Of a stretch of 45,012 nucleotides of DNA, positions 1 through 11,984 are shown in pieces. Position 1 is the stretch's first letter, and every line of letters starts with the position of its first letter. The notes beneath the pieces were generated by a model. The model made no database searches and was not told the DNA's origin. It saw nothing but the letters and a program-made list of their open reading frames with translations. The stretch spans positions 17,695,090-17,740,101 of the forward strand of contig NC_068994.1 in assembly GCF_001194135.2 (NCBI RefSeq), in the 5' to 3' direction. This stretch comes from Octopus bimaculoides (Eukaryota). The position numbers were made by a program, and so were the translations under genes.

Positions 1-250
1 ATTCAGACGATACTTCCTTTTCTGAAAACACACACACACACATACACATACAGACACACACACACAGAAGCAAAACAAAAATTTGAAAAGATTTAAAACA
101 AAAAAAAAAAAAATTGTAGAAAAAGCTAAAATATCTTTCTGCCAGTAGTTTATTACAAGTGGCAGTAGTCGTGCTAGAAATTACAGTTGTTTGTAGTGCT
201 TACACCATAGAAAGAGTTCATTGCCATTATTTTCTAGCTACAAGATTTCA

Positions 251-525
251 GCACCACCACCACCACCACCACCACCTACCCTCCTGTCTGAGAAGGGAAC
301 AGAACACTGTGGTACATACAATGCAAAGAAGAAGAAGAAGAAGAAGCACTCTTGCACTGGAACTGCTGGTAGGTATTATTGGGGTCACTCATCACTCTCC
401 TGAAACACAATAAACAAAATAAAAAAAACAACCAACAAATACTTACCTCTTGCAACAACAGCAGCAGTAGCAGTAGTAGTAGTAGCAGTAGTAGTAGTGG
501 TGGTGGTGGCAGCAGCAGTAGCTGT
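251..525. repeat. Cluster of trinucleotide microsatellites: (CAC)n, (AGA)n, (AGT/AGC/GGT)n
   Basis: Directly visible tracts. They explain the poly-H/P/S/L ORFs in the track. Confidence 0.9.
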
Positions 526-772
526 GAAGCTTTGCCGCTCAGCTTAAGTAGTATACAAAATACCACAAAGGATTTGATCACCAAGAACTTTTAGTGTTTT
601 AGTTGTTAACCAAGTCATAACAATGTGCTACTGTTGTGAAAGCTGAATAAAAGCTATTGTGCAAAAGAAATGGCTAAACGTTGCTATAAGAGCTGCTCTC
701 TCTTCATTTATAATGAAGGACTCTGCTTGTGATGTTACATATATATGTGTGTGTGTGTGTGTTATTCTTAGC

Positions 773-978
773 TTTTATCTTTTATTTGTTTCAGACTTTA
801 GACTATAGCCATGTTGAAGCAACACCTCGAAGGGTTTAGTTGAACAAATCAAACCCAAGGGCTTATTTTATTTTTAAGCCCTGGTTTTGCCAAATCGCTA
901 AGCCATGATGCAAATAAACCAACACTGGTTGTCAAGCAACGGTGGGGAGACAAGCACAAAGACATGCACATGCATGCA

Positions 979-1011
<33 letters not shown>

Positions 1012-1170
1012 GACAGGCTTGTTTCAGTTTCCATCAACCAAATCCACTCACAAGGTTTAGGTTCATTTGGGGCTGGTTGAAGACACTTGCCCAAGGTGCC
1101 ATGCAGTGGGACTGAACCCAAACCCATGTGATTCAAAAGCAAGCTTCTTAGTACACAACCACACTTGCAC
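773..1170 (-). mobile_element. SINE family B (tRNA-like head, internal CA/TA tract, ~400 bp), near full length
   Basis: Reverse complement of the head (ggctgtgtggtaag...ggttcagtcccactg...ggcaagtgtcttc) and tail also found at 29581-29976 and many other places in the window. Confidence 0.8.
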
Positions 1171-1270
1171 TTATGATAATGATACACCGTATAGATACTC
1201 CATTGCTTTCATTTATTGTATTTGATATATATTAGCAACAGAGGCAGTGTTAATACCAAGAGGTAATATG

Positions 1271-1475
1271 TATCCCTGCTTAAACATGGCTGTTCTGTTA
1301 GAACAATCTTTACTGCAGTAGATACCATGAGAGAGACTCTCATATTAGCATTTTGTCCAAAATGCACTCTTGTTTATATCACTAGCAGGGAGATGAAAAG
1401 CCAGTATGAGAGTTTTTCTCATATCTACTGCAGTAAAGTTTGTTCCAACAGAACATCCACATTTAAGTGGGGGTA
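1271..1475. mobile_element. Foldback / MITE-like element with ~75-bp imperfect inverted arms
   Basis: Left arm cttaaacatggctgttctgttagaacaatctttactgcagtagata...ctctcatattagcatttt matches the reverse complement of the right arm ending ...gaacatccacatttaag. Spacer ~45 bp. Confidence 0.85.
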
Positions 1476-2180
1476 AATATTGTTCACAGTGTAAGGACAC
1501 AGTGCATCGATAGCCAGCTGGAGAAGATGCTTTCCTAGGGCTAAATAGCAGTAACATTCATCCTAATTAGGACTGCCACTTTATGTTGGCAAATAAACTT
1601 TGCTTTAAAGTACTGTTGCTGCATGTTTCTCGTTCAGTGTTGGTTTGTTTACAACTCCATAACTTAGCAATTCAGCAAAAGAGGCTAATAGAATATGAAC
1701 CAAACTCATAAAAGTAAGTACTGGGGTTAAGTTGTTTGACTAAAACCCTTCAATGTAGTGCCCCAGCATGACCACAGACCAATGGATGAAGCAAGAAAAA
1801 AGTATATACATAAATACATACATACATGCATGCGTGTATGCACAGTATGGCTGAATGGTTAAGAAGTTCACTTTGCAACCATAAGGTCTTAGGCATATGT
1901 CCTTTCCTACAGCTTCAGGTTGACTCATTTCTTGTGAGTGAAAGTGTGTAGACAGAAACTGTTTGGAAGACAACCAGGTGGATTGTATCCATAATTCAAA
2001 AAGTACAGTCTTGTCACACACAACATACCTCACCAATTCTACCTGAGATTTGTGTTAAGGGTATATGTGTCTGTAGAATACTCACCCACTTATATTTTGA
2101 TTCAGGAGCAACTAATTCAGTTGATCAGACAACTAAACCCTTTTCGTCAAACAACAGATCCACCACACCCAAACACACAC

Positions 2181-2896
2181 ATTTATTCATAAAGAATCTC
2201 ACAGAGAGGGTCATAGCCCAACTAATTAGGGAGAGAGTTAGTTGAGATGAGATGCAGTTTGGGTTTGTGCCAGGGAAAAGTACCACTGATGCTATATTTC
2301 TGGTATGACAGCTGCAGGAAAAATTCATAGCCAAAGATAAACCTCTGTACTTGGCTTTCGTTGACATGGAGAAAGACTTTGACAGGGTCCCCCAAACCCT
2401 TATCAGGTAGTCAATGCAGAAACTAGGGATAGATGAGTGGTTGACAAGAGCTGTACAAGCCATGCCCAGGGATGCTGTCAGTAAGGTGAGGGTTGATGAG
2501 TACAGTGAAGAATTCTGGGTAGGGGTAGGTATCCACCAAAGATCAGTCCTCAGCCTCTTCTTATTCATCATAGTCCTCCAGGCAATAACAGAAGAATTCA
2601 AGACAGGCTGCCCCTGGGAGCTTCTCTATGTTGATGACCTTGCTCTAATTGCTGAGTCACTATCAGAACTAGAGACGTTTCAGGTGTAGAAGCAAGATCT
2701 AGAATTGAAGGGTCTTAGAGTCAATCTAGCAAAAACCAAAGTCTTAGTAAGTAGGAAGGCAAACAAATCACAAATCCCTTCAGGTAGATGTCCCTGCTCG
2801 ATCTGTAGAAAAGATGTAGGTAGAAACTCCATAAGATATACTCAGTGTAAGCTATGGACATATAAGAAGTGCAGCAATATCAAAGGAAGGTTAACT
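2181..2896 (+). mobile_element. RTE-clade LINE ORF2 fragment (reverse transcriptase plus Cys-rich finger), degenerate
   Basis: Translates to MQFGFVPGKSTTDAIF...LYLAFVDMEKDFDRVP...GIHQRSVLSLFLF...LLYVDDLAL...GLRVNLAKTK, with in-frame stops and a frameshift. YVDD corresponds to the YADD catalytic motif. Confidence 0.9.
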
Positions 2897-3181
2897 GGGG
2901 ATGTATTAGTGTATGACACTAAGGTGACATATACAGAAACTGTATTATAAAAATATGTAAAACAGCAAATTATTTCTGGCAAATGTACAAGACCAATCTT
3001 TGATCACAGGATATAACAGATACTTATTGTATCAATATTGGAATAAAGGAAGTCAAATTTAACAACTATGATTTGAGCTTTGAACCAAGAGGGAATATAT
3101 TAAATATGGCAAAAAGTTTTAATCCTACACTTCTCTGTTTCAGTTATCTCCATTGTAAAATAGTTTTTGTTTTATTTAGCT

Positions 3182-3410
3182 TTAACCGTTTAAGGCTGGG
3201 TGTGGCTTATTGATACAACATGCTTTCTTCTGCAGAAGACAGGTGTGGTTTATTGAAACACAGCTAAATTCAGAAGACGGATGTGGTATATAAGCCACAT
3301 TTGCGTTATAAGCTATTTGATTGATTATCATCTTGTATGTTTTTAAAAATTTTTTTTATTGCATCCTGTATGAAAAGACTGGCTATTTATACCCGACCTT
3401 AAACAGTTAA
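3182..3410. mobile_element. piggyBac-like MITE with TTAA target duplication
   Basis: TTAA-CCGTTTAAGGCTGGG at the left and CCCGACCTTAAACAG-TTAA at the right are inverted repeats flanked by TTAA. Confidence 0.8.
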
Positions 3411-3608
3411 TGTCAATTTTTTAAAGGTGAACTGAATTGAACCAGTATACTATAAATTAAGTATATTTGTTTTTATTTTTAAATTGACTTCAGCTGGAAC
3501 TGAAATCAGCTGAAAAATAATCAGACAGTGACATTAAAACATAAATAATAATGGTAGCTATATCATTTATAACAATTATGGAGTTAGAAAGATTTGAGAT
3601 TGGACACC

Positions 3609-3907
3609 TTAATCCATTACCTACCAGTGATCTCATATGAGATCACTTAAAAATCACAAATTTCGTAATTATCTGTCAATATTTACACATATCTAACCTT
3701 TCTGCTATATCTACTAGGTATATTTCTCTGATATTCAAATGAGGTTTGCTAATTTTTCACCCAATATCTTGCTTATTTCTATTTAAAATGTTATTTTGAA
3801 ATGTTATTTTGATCATTCCAGCGTGTTTCTAAGTCTGTTTTATGCTAGAAATCAAAGTTTCATTAAAAAAATTCCAGTTAATAGAATTATGGGAGGTAAT
3901 GGGTTAA
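3609..3907. mobile_element. piggyBac-like MITE (second family) with TTAA target duplication
   Basis: TTAA-TCCATTACCTACCA ... TGGGAGGTAATGGG-TTAA inverted termini. Internal 22-bp perfect palindrome at 3626-3647. Confidence 0.75.
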
Positions 3908-4505
3908 CTGTCACCATATTTTAACAATTTTTTTTTTTGATAACGCATGGTGTCTCCAAGCAGACAGTTAGTACAAGAGAGATAATCATTTCCTCATAAT
4001 AACTGGTGGGATTAGAAGTTTAAATCTGAAAGTAAGGAAATGAAGAAGAAACATACAAGAAACATTTCTTTTCTTTTTTGTTTTGTTGCTTACTTATATT
4101 ACAAATTCTTAAAATTTCTCGTCAGTAATAATCATGTATAGCGTTATTTCATTCTTTTTAGAAATCAGTAGTACGACATAATCTGAGAAATATTAATTAA
4201 ACATCTTATGAAGCAAAACATTTCTTACAGACAGAAAATAATTACAATCTGGAAGAAATTCATGGGATGTGCAATTTTCTTATCTTTTTTTCCTTTCTTT
4301 CTTCATTGAGCATTATCACAAGGTCACTTTTTACAGGGGATGATAGAATTAGTTCCAGTATATCACTGGTATTTATTTAATACATCTCAGAAGGTAAAAT
4401 ACAGAGTTGGTTGAGTTAGTCATTCAAGTAGATTATAAACAAAACTACAATATGGGTTTAGCTTGGCATTCTTCCATATCTGTCATTCCACTGCTTAAAG
4501 AATAA

Positions 4506-4629
4506 TTATCCTTTCAGGATCAATAAAATAAGTACCAGTGAAGCACTGGGGTTGATGTAATTGATTAACCCCTCCCTCATAATTGTTGGCCCTGTGTCAA
4601 AATTTGAAATCATTATCATTATTATTATT

Positions 4630-4691
<62 letters not shown>

Positions 4692-5165
4692 CATTGTTCT
4701 TGTTGTTGTCAAGGTGGCAAGCTGGCAGAATTGTTAGCTCATCAGTCAAAATGCATAGTGACATTTCTTCTGGCTTTACATTCTGAGTTCAAACTTCACT
4801 GAGGCCAGCTTTGCCTTTCGTCATTTCAGGCTCAGTAAAATAAAGTACCTTTAGGGGGTCAATAAAATAAGTACTCATCAAATACAGGGGTTGATGTAAT
4901 CAACTAGTTCCTTCCCTAAAAAATTTCAGGCTTTGTGTCTGTAGTAGAAAGAATTATTTGAATCCAGTGTTCAGTTGGTATTTATTTTATCAAACTTGAA
5001 AGGACGAAAGGCAAAGTTGACCTTGTTCAAATTCCACTGAGGTTGACTTTGCCTTTCATTCTTTTGGGGTCAATGAAATAAGTACCAGCCAACTATTGAG
5101 GTCAATGTAATCAACTTATCCCCTCCCACCAAAATTTCAGTCCTTGTGCCTATAGTAAAAAGGAT
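4506..5165 (+). mobile_element. Array of SINE family A copies and fragments separated by (ATT)n tails
   Basis: Recurrent motifs gagctggcagaat, ttctgagttcaaa, gactttgcctttcatcc and aagtaccag, ending in (ATT)n. A short reverse fragment lies near 4940-5020. Confidence 0.8.
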
Positions 5166-5170
5166 TATTA

Positions 5171-5790
5171 AGTGAGAGAGCAGTGCATGCCATCAAAGTG
5201 ACACTGGGGTAAAATATATGAAGCCCAGTACACCCATCATGACTACCCATCTGATAAGGGTACACCAGACACATGCATATGTGTGCAACATGGTGATCTC
5301 ATATCAAGATAAACAGCACATGATTTTGCAGGTGGAACCCAGTTAGAATTTTCTTCAGGTCAAGTAGCCCATCCTGCTCAAAAGGTCCCTGAATAAGGGT
5401 TAAGGATGTTGAACGAAACACCCATGATTCCAGAGGTGAATTATCCAAATCCCAAAGAATTCCTCTCGACACCATGGCTATGATGCTCCCCCACTACTTN
5501 NNNNNNNNNGGTGAATTATCCAAATCCCAAAGAATTCCTCTCGACACCATGGCTATGATGCTCCCCCACTACTTCTGCTCGTAATTAGAGATGCACATAT
5601 TGTCAGCCACTAAGGGACATGCTCAACTGGTTAAGGTCAAACTGACAAGCGAATCTGTGGTATTGAGCAGAATATTTGCTGTCACCCATCTTTTATACCG
5701 AGACAAAACAATGTACATGATAACACTTCCAATCAGTTAAGATGAGAAGCCATGAGAGCCACTGCCTGGTACTGCATCAGGGCATGATGC
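5171..5790 (-). mobile_element. Unclassified ~600-bp interspersed element with 10-bp target-site duplication
   Basis: AGGATTATTA flanks both ends (5161-5170 and 5791-5800). Higher GC than the flanks, no TIRs seen. Contains a 10-N gap. Confidence 0.6.
5500..5509. other. Assembly gap (10 N) with duplicated flanks
   Basis: About 55 bp before the gap recur immediately after it. Confidence 0.95.
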
Positions 5791-5873
5791 AGGATTATTA
5801 TTATGATCATTATTATTACTATTATGGTTATTTTTATTATCATTATTATTATTATTATTGTCATTATTATTAT

Positions 5874-6066
5874 AAAAGATGGTGAGCTGACAGAATTGCT
5901 AGCATGCTGGATGAAACGCTTAGCAGTAGTTTGCTTGTCTTTACATTCTGAATTCAAATTCCACCAGGGTTGGCTTTGGCTTTCATCCTTTTGGGGTCAA
6001 TAACAGAAATACCAGTTGACTTATCCCCATACCCGAAATTGCTGGCTCTGTGTCAAAATTTGAAAT
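5874..6066 (+). mobile_element. SINE family A
   Basis: gatggtgagctgacagaattgctagc...ttctgaattcaaattcc...ctttcatcc, following an (ATT)n tract. Confidence 0.8.
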
Positions 6067-6666
6067 TATTATAAAAATGCAACTTTGTTATTACTTTCTG
6101 CTTCTAGCATTAATGGGCAAATATCTTCCACCATAGCCCTGGACTTATGAATTTGGTAGACAGAAACAGTGTGTACACTCATGTGCATGTGTGCACATCT
6201 GTTTTCCATCACTTGACAACTGCTATTGGTTTGTTTATGTCTCCAAAACTTAAAAGTTTAGCTAAAAGAAACCAACCAATAGAATAAGTACCAGATTTTA
6301 AAATAAATACTGATGATGATAATATAAACAGCTAAACCCTTCAAAGTGCTGCCCCTAGCATGATTGCTGTTCAATGACTGAAACAAGAGTAGTAATCCTG
6401 TTATTAAAGTGTCACATATATCTTAGTTCTTTAGGTTAATACTTAACTTAACATTACAAGGAAAATGCTTTCAAAGTTCATCATGTGTCACCTAAAAACC
6501 TTTGGCATGTCACCAGATGCAGGTGTCATACCTTTGCTATCACTGGTCTATAAGAATAAATGATTGAATAAATGATTACTTTGTCATCAATGTCATACCA
6601 TCTTTACTTCAAATTTTATGGTCAAATGCAGATAGTTTTCATTGTTATTATTATTAGTAGAGAGGA

Positions 6667-6717
<51 letters not shown>

Positions 6718-6722
<5 letters not shown>

Positions 6723-7090
6723 GCTCTGCCAAGGAAGGAGGTTATGTTTTCATTGGTGTTGGTTTGTCCGTCTGTGTGCAACATAACTCAAAAAGTTGTG
6801 AACGGTATTTGATGAAACTTGCAGGAAAAGTTGGTAATGACACAAGGAAGAGATGGTGAAATTTTGGTAGTGATCAGGGAAGTTTTATGGATTCTTGAAG
6901 GATTTTTCATTTGTTATATTTACTTTACATGAAGTATTACAATGTTATGTTCTTTGATTATCTCCCTTGAAAACACGTTCCTCGTTTCCACATAACCTAA
7001 GATGGCGTTGCTGTTTCCAAAGTTTATTTTTGTTTCTCTATTAGTAATTTTACTCGCATACCTATCTTAAAATGAGCTGCTTGGCGGAGG
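6718..7090 (+). mobile_element. Helentron/DINE-1-like non-autonomous element (tentative)
   Basis: Starts ctctgccaagg...ggaggttatgttttc and has an internal gtctgt microsatellite-like stretch. A complementary sub-terminal motif cttggcggagg lies at 7080-7090. Classification is inferred from resemblance to Helentron-associated interspersed elements. Confidence 0.45.
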
Positions 7091-7094
7091 ATGA

Positions 7095-7480
7095 CATGAC
7101 AAGCCTTGACTATTGGGATCGACTCAAAAAGCTCAGGCTTTGCTCCCTCCACCACCGCTGTGATTTCTATATCATCTGTATGATGTGGAAAATATTCCAT
7201 CAACATTGCCCATCTTTAAAATTTGTTCGAGGCTTGGCCCCTGTGCCATCTGTCCACTACAGAAATGCTCATGTCATATCACAACACTATGACAGAACTA
7301 TTTCACTTCAATTGGCCCTGCTCTCTTCAACATCATGCCAGACATACATAAAGGAAGAAAGTGACTTCACGGCATTCAAATGATCCCTAGATGATTACCC
7401 CCAACAAATACCAGATAAACCAACCACACCCAGATATGCCTCTGAAAACAATAACCCCCTGCTTGAATGGGCTATGGTTC
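7095..7480 (+). mobile_element. CR1/L2-like LINE ORF2 3' fragment, degenerate
   Basis: LDYWDRLKKLRLCSLHHRCDFYIICMMWKIF and FK*SLDDYPQQIPDKPTTPRYASENNNPLLEWA resemble CR1-group ORF2 C-termini (L.Y.ERL..L.L.SL..RR.R). Confidence 0.72.
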
Positions 7481-8020
7481 CCCAGAGCTGACTGTGTATC
7501 TCTTCCAGGTGGTGCTATTAAATTAGACATGGCCTGAGTCAACTTCGGCTGAAACTTATCAAAGTAATCTAATCTATGCTGTAACCTTTTAAGCAAAGCA
7601 TGACAATGTGAGTAGAGGCTGATATCTTAACATTTCAGATGGTCTTAAGTATTAAAAAAATTATCAAAGATTTATATAGAACTACATTCAGAGTATGTCT
7701 ATAAGCTATTGTGTTTAAACCTGGTTTCTATCCTCAAACTGTTCTGTTTTGTAGTTGCAATTTAAAAAAAAATTTTTAATAAAGCACTGTGAAATTAGAA
7801 AAATCAAAAATCTGCAACAATCTCGGTCCCATGAGTATCTGATAATGGATTTTCAACTGTGTAAAGAAACTGATTGTGGTGATCGTAGTTTTGACAGTGA
7901 TTGTGGTGAAAGCAGAGACAGTGTTGATGATGACCAGGGTCGAGATAAGTATGGGAGGTTATATTTTTGCTGGTGTTGGTTTGGGAAATTGGGTGATTTT
8001 CAGCCTGCATGTATATGGGT

Positions 8021-8068
8021 GGAAATGAGCTGCTTGGTGGAGGTCTGCGTTCTCTGAGCGCTTTTCTA

Positions 8069-8070
<2 letters not shown>
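8021..8070 (+). mobile_element. 3' terminus of the Helentron/Helitron-like element (ends CTAGT)
   Basis: aaatgagctgcttggtggaggtctgcgttctctgagcgcttttctagt. Its first 21 bp match 7070-7090. Confidence 0.45.
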
Positions 8071-8100
<30 letters not shown>

Positions 8101-8119
8101 CATCATCATTATTATTATC

Positions 8120-8850
<731 letters not shown>

Positions 8851-9479
8851 ATTATTATTATTATTATCACCATATACTTAAAATAGATTACATTGATATA
8901 TTTTAAACAAAATCTTATAAAAAGAAAACCTCAGCATAAGATAAGCATATATCCCTTGAGACTTATCAGTTATTTTTATCTAAATAAATCTGCTTATCTG
9001 TTCAGTAGCTGCTCACCTTCTGTTTTGCAGTAGTATATACATGCATGAAATAGCATACTATAAATTATATAGACCTTTTTTTAAACATGTAATCTGCTGG
9101 AGACATGTGCTGTTGATTTATCTTTAGTCTGTTTCTTACACACTAACATGTGTTCATACATATTTTTTTTACCTGCTTTGCTGCTTATAACTGATAAATA
9201 CTGTTTACTTTGCAATTATAATCCCTATGACATATGCAGACTCAGAAACCTCATGTTGAAATTGAAAGGGAGAATTTGAAGTACTTTGCCATCTATTTTT
9301 GAACAACTTGCCATTATCACTCTAACCATTCTAGATTAGGAGCAAAAGCCAAGAGCAAACACAATTTCATTAACATTAGCAATAATCTTTTTTTTTTTTA
9401 CTGGCCACAAGGACAAAAAACAAAAAAAAAAAACATTTAGGGCAACATGAAGGCAAAAGATAGTGATGAGTGCTCCTCT

Positions 9480-10380
9480 TTCCTCTGTATTCCCCAGCCT
9501 ACAGATGCTAGCTTAGAAAAGGTTCACTCACTTGAGCCACCCTTGCCATATTCACCTATCTTTTAACAAATTTACCTAGAGGCAGCACGTCCCTCACCTT
9601 CCTTTTCAAATGGACTTATAAAAAAGTCAATGAGATCTTGGCTGAAGAGGAAAGTGTCTGTTTTCTGTCCTTTCAGTCTCGTCCATCACACAACCTCTTT
9701 CATCATAGCCACTAGACAGAGGAAAACTACTTGCTCTTCCTGACCAAAGAAAAGTGGTGGGGTGATCTTCCCAATGGAGTTGACTGATAGCTGGATCCAT
9801 CCTATACATTAGTGATTCTCAACAGGGGCCCACATAAAATTTTGCTGTTAAAATGTATGTACAATAAATTGGTTATACTTCTACGATCCACAAACTATTT
9901 CAACAATATTTTAATAGAATTCCTAATAATATTTAATTGTAAAATATAATGGGAAATTTTTAAACATCGACTGTCTATGGGAGTCCAGTAGAGTAAATTA
10001 AAAATGAAAGGAGTTCATAGACAAAACATAGTTGAGAACCACTGCTATTACATGATAGCAGTTGTCTGCCCAAGCACTGTATGAGTGCAGGATAGTTTCA
10101 TCACTTTGCATGCAACTAAAGTCAATGTGGCTGATAGAACTACCATGTTTGTAGGGCTCATCTCAAACCAGCAGTGATCCCTTGTGGCATTGCCATGCCT
10201 TGGAATTCTGGCTCAAAAGTCCTCCAGAAAAGACTAGCCAGTTGATTTGTATTGATAACTGGAGTTGTTCTTGCATACTACTAATCATTTATAGAATACC
10301 ATAATGGAAGATCTGCCAACCACATTGTCTGACTATCAGAGGACTGTGAGTGCCTGATGTCTATACCAACTGTGAATATG
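9480..10380 (-). mobile_element. Tx1/L1-like LINE ORF2 C-terminal fragment, degenerate, split by a hAT MITE
   Basis: Minus-strand translation gives YKHGSSISH...CMQSDETILH (CCHC-knuckle-like), then after the MITE ...EKITPP...VVFLCLVAMMKEVV*WTRLKG. Clade assignment is from remembered similarity. Confidence 0.62.
9810..10044. mobile_element. hAT (Charlie-like) MITE
   Basis: TIRs (T)AGTGATTCTCAAC / GTTGAGAACCACTG. Near-8-bp TSD ctatacat / ctat(t)acat. Confidence 0.85.
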
Positions 10381-10891
10381 TGTTGAGCTCATACACTAAA
10401 ACCAAGGAGTCAAATAGACAATATTGCATAAATTATTCCAAGACTTCCAAATGTTTTTTTTAATGAGTAGTGAGAAACAATGTGGGAAATCCTGGTAGAA
10501 TTAAAATATATATTTCTGGATGTCCAAAGAATCAAAATAAATGTTGATATAGAATTGAGTCGCCTCCTCTAGGGTAATAAAAAATTTGGTATTAAAATTA
10601 CAGTCAGTTAGTAGTATAGTAACTGCACCAGCTTGATGTCACTCAAGGTGCAAGGCACACTGCCTTCATCTATGCTTGATACAGGACAGCAGCTCTACCA
10701 AAAAGACAAGCTGTGAAAAAACGTTTAACATGACCACACCTGCTCTCTGTTAAGGAAATGCTGGAGATGTCATAACTTCAGCATGTATCTGTGCATCATT
10801 AGCTATGGGATGCTTAGTCCTCCACACAGCAGATACTGACAGCAAGTGGACCATCTGACCAACCAGTGGTGCATGTCCTCTCCACAAAAAG

Positions 10892-10893
<2 letters not shown>

Positions 10894-10959
<66 letters not shown>
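10894..10959. repeat. (AAT)n microsatellite, possibly the tail of a retroposon at ~10600-10893
   Basis: Directly visible tract. Confidence 0.9.
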
Positions 10960-10966
10960 CCTTTGT

Positions 10967-11172
10967 ATTATAAGTACAAGGCCTGAAATTTTGGGGCAGG
11001 GGCTAGTTGATTTCATCTATCCCAATACTCAACCAGTAGTTATTTTGTTAACCCTGGAAGGATGAAAAGCAAAGTCAACCTTGGCAGGAGCTTGACTTAG
11101 AACATAAAGTTAAAGAAGTGCCACTAAGTATTTTGTATACTGTGCTAACAATTCTGCCAGCTTGTTGCCCTT
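10967..11172 (-). mobile_element. SINE family A
   Basis: Reverse-complement motifs ggatgaaaagcaaagtcaacc and attctgccagcttg. Confidence 0.75.
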
Positions 11173-11984
11173 ATAATAGTACAACTACTACTAATAATAA
11201 TAATCATGTTTAAAAACTACAAAGTTGAAAGCAAACCATTCCTAAAACATTGAATTTCACATAGCTGATGTTAGTTCTATTTTCTGCATCATAAAAGGAT
11301 GAGAAACAAAGATAATTCTTCCCATGGAGAAGAAAAAAATCAATGAAAAATAATTTCCCTAGCTAGCCTGGTTACCTTTTTATGTTTTTGCTGCAAAAAG
11401 AGAAGCACATCATATTGACACATTTTTTTCAGAAATTATGAAACTATTACTATACAGACAGTGGGAAACAATTGGCAGTAAAATCTAAACGCCTTTGTTG
11501 ATCCACCCCACATCCCCAGAAAGACACAAAGTAAAACTGACGTTGGGTCAATTTTACTTTGTGTCTCTCAAGGAGTCAATAAACCACAAATACTTGCAAA
11601 AATGTTTGTGACAGGACATGAACTCATGACCCAAAAAAACCCCAACATCTTAACCACTTTGCTATTTTGCCTTTTAAGGCAAAATAACATGACACAAATA
11701 TATTCCATTTTCATTGTTGTTATCTTTTAAATAAATCGTGTCTCTGCACATGATAATTTCCAGTTATTTATTATGTGATAGTGATAGTTATTGTGACAAC
11801 TGCTGCCAACAGCCATAGATTTCTAAGGGATTAAAGGTGTACATAGAAAAAGATTATGTGAGTATACCAAACAAGTCTTTGTTTACTATACAATGCATTA
11901 GAAACAAGGTTGGTGGAGATGGGCCAAGACAGTAGCGTGCAGGACTTAATAGTATCAAATTCTTTTTTTTTTTTGTTATCTTTT

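Noticed and set aside
1-630. Minus-strand splice-like signals (acceptors at 631, 400 and 22; donors at 446 and 279) suggesting exons of a second gene, including a 47-nt GTAAGT...TTTCAG intron
   Set aside because: No combination gives a consistent open reading frame. The peptides are microsatellite-derived with no recognisable homology. UTR or lncRNA exons cannot be excluded without RNA data.
5446-5570. ~55-bp direct repeat
   Set aside because: It straddles a 10-N gap, which is typical of an unmerged contig overlap.
9173-9330. 158-nt minus-strand segment with a good acceptor and a GCAG|GTAAAA donor
   Set aside because: Stop codons in all three frames.
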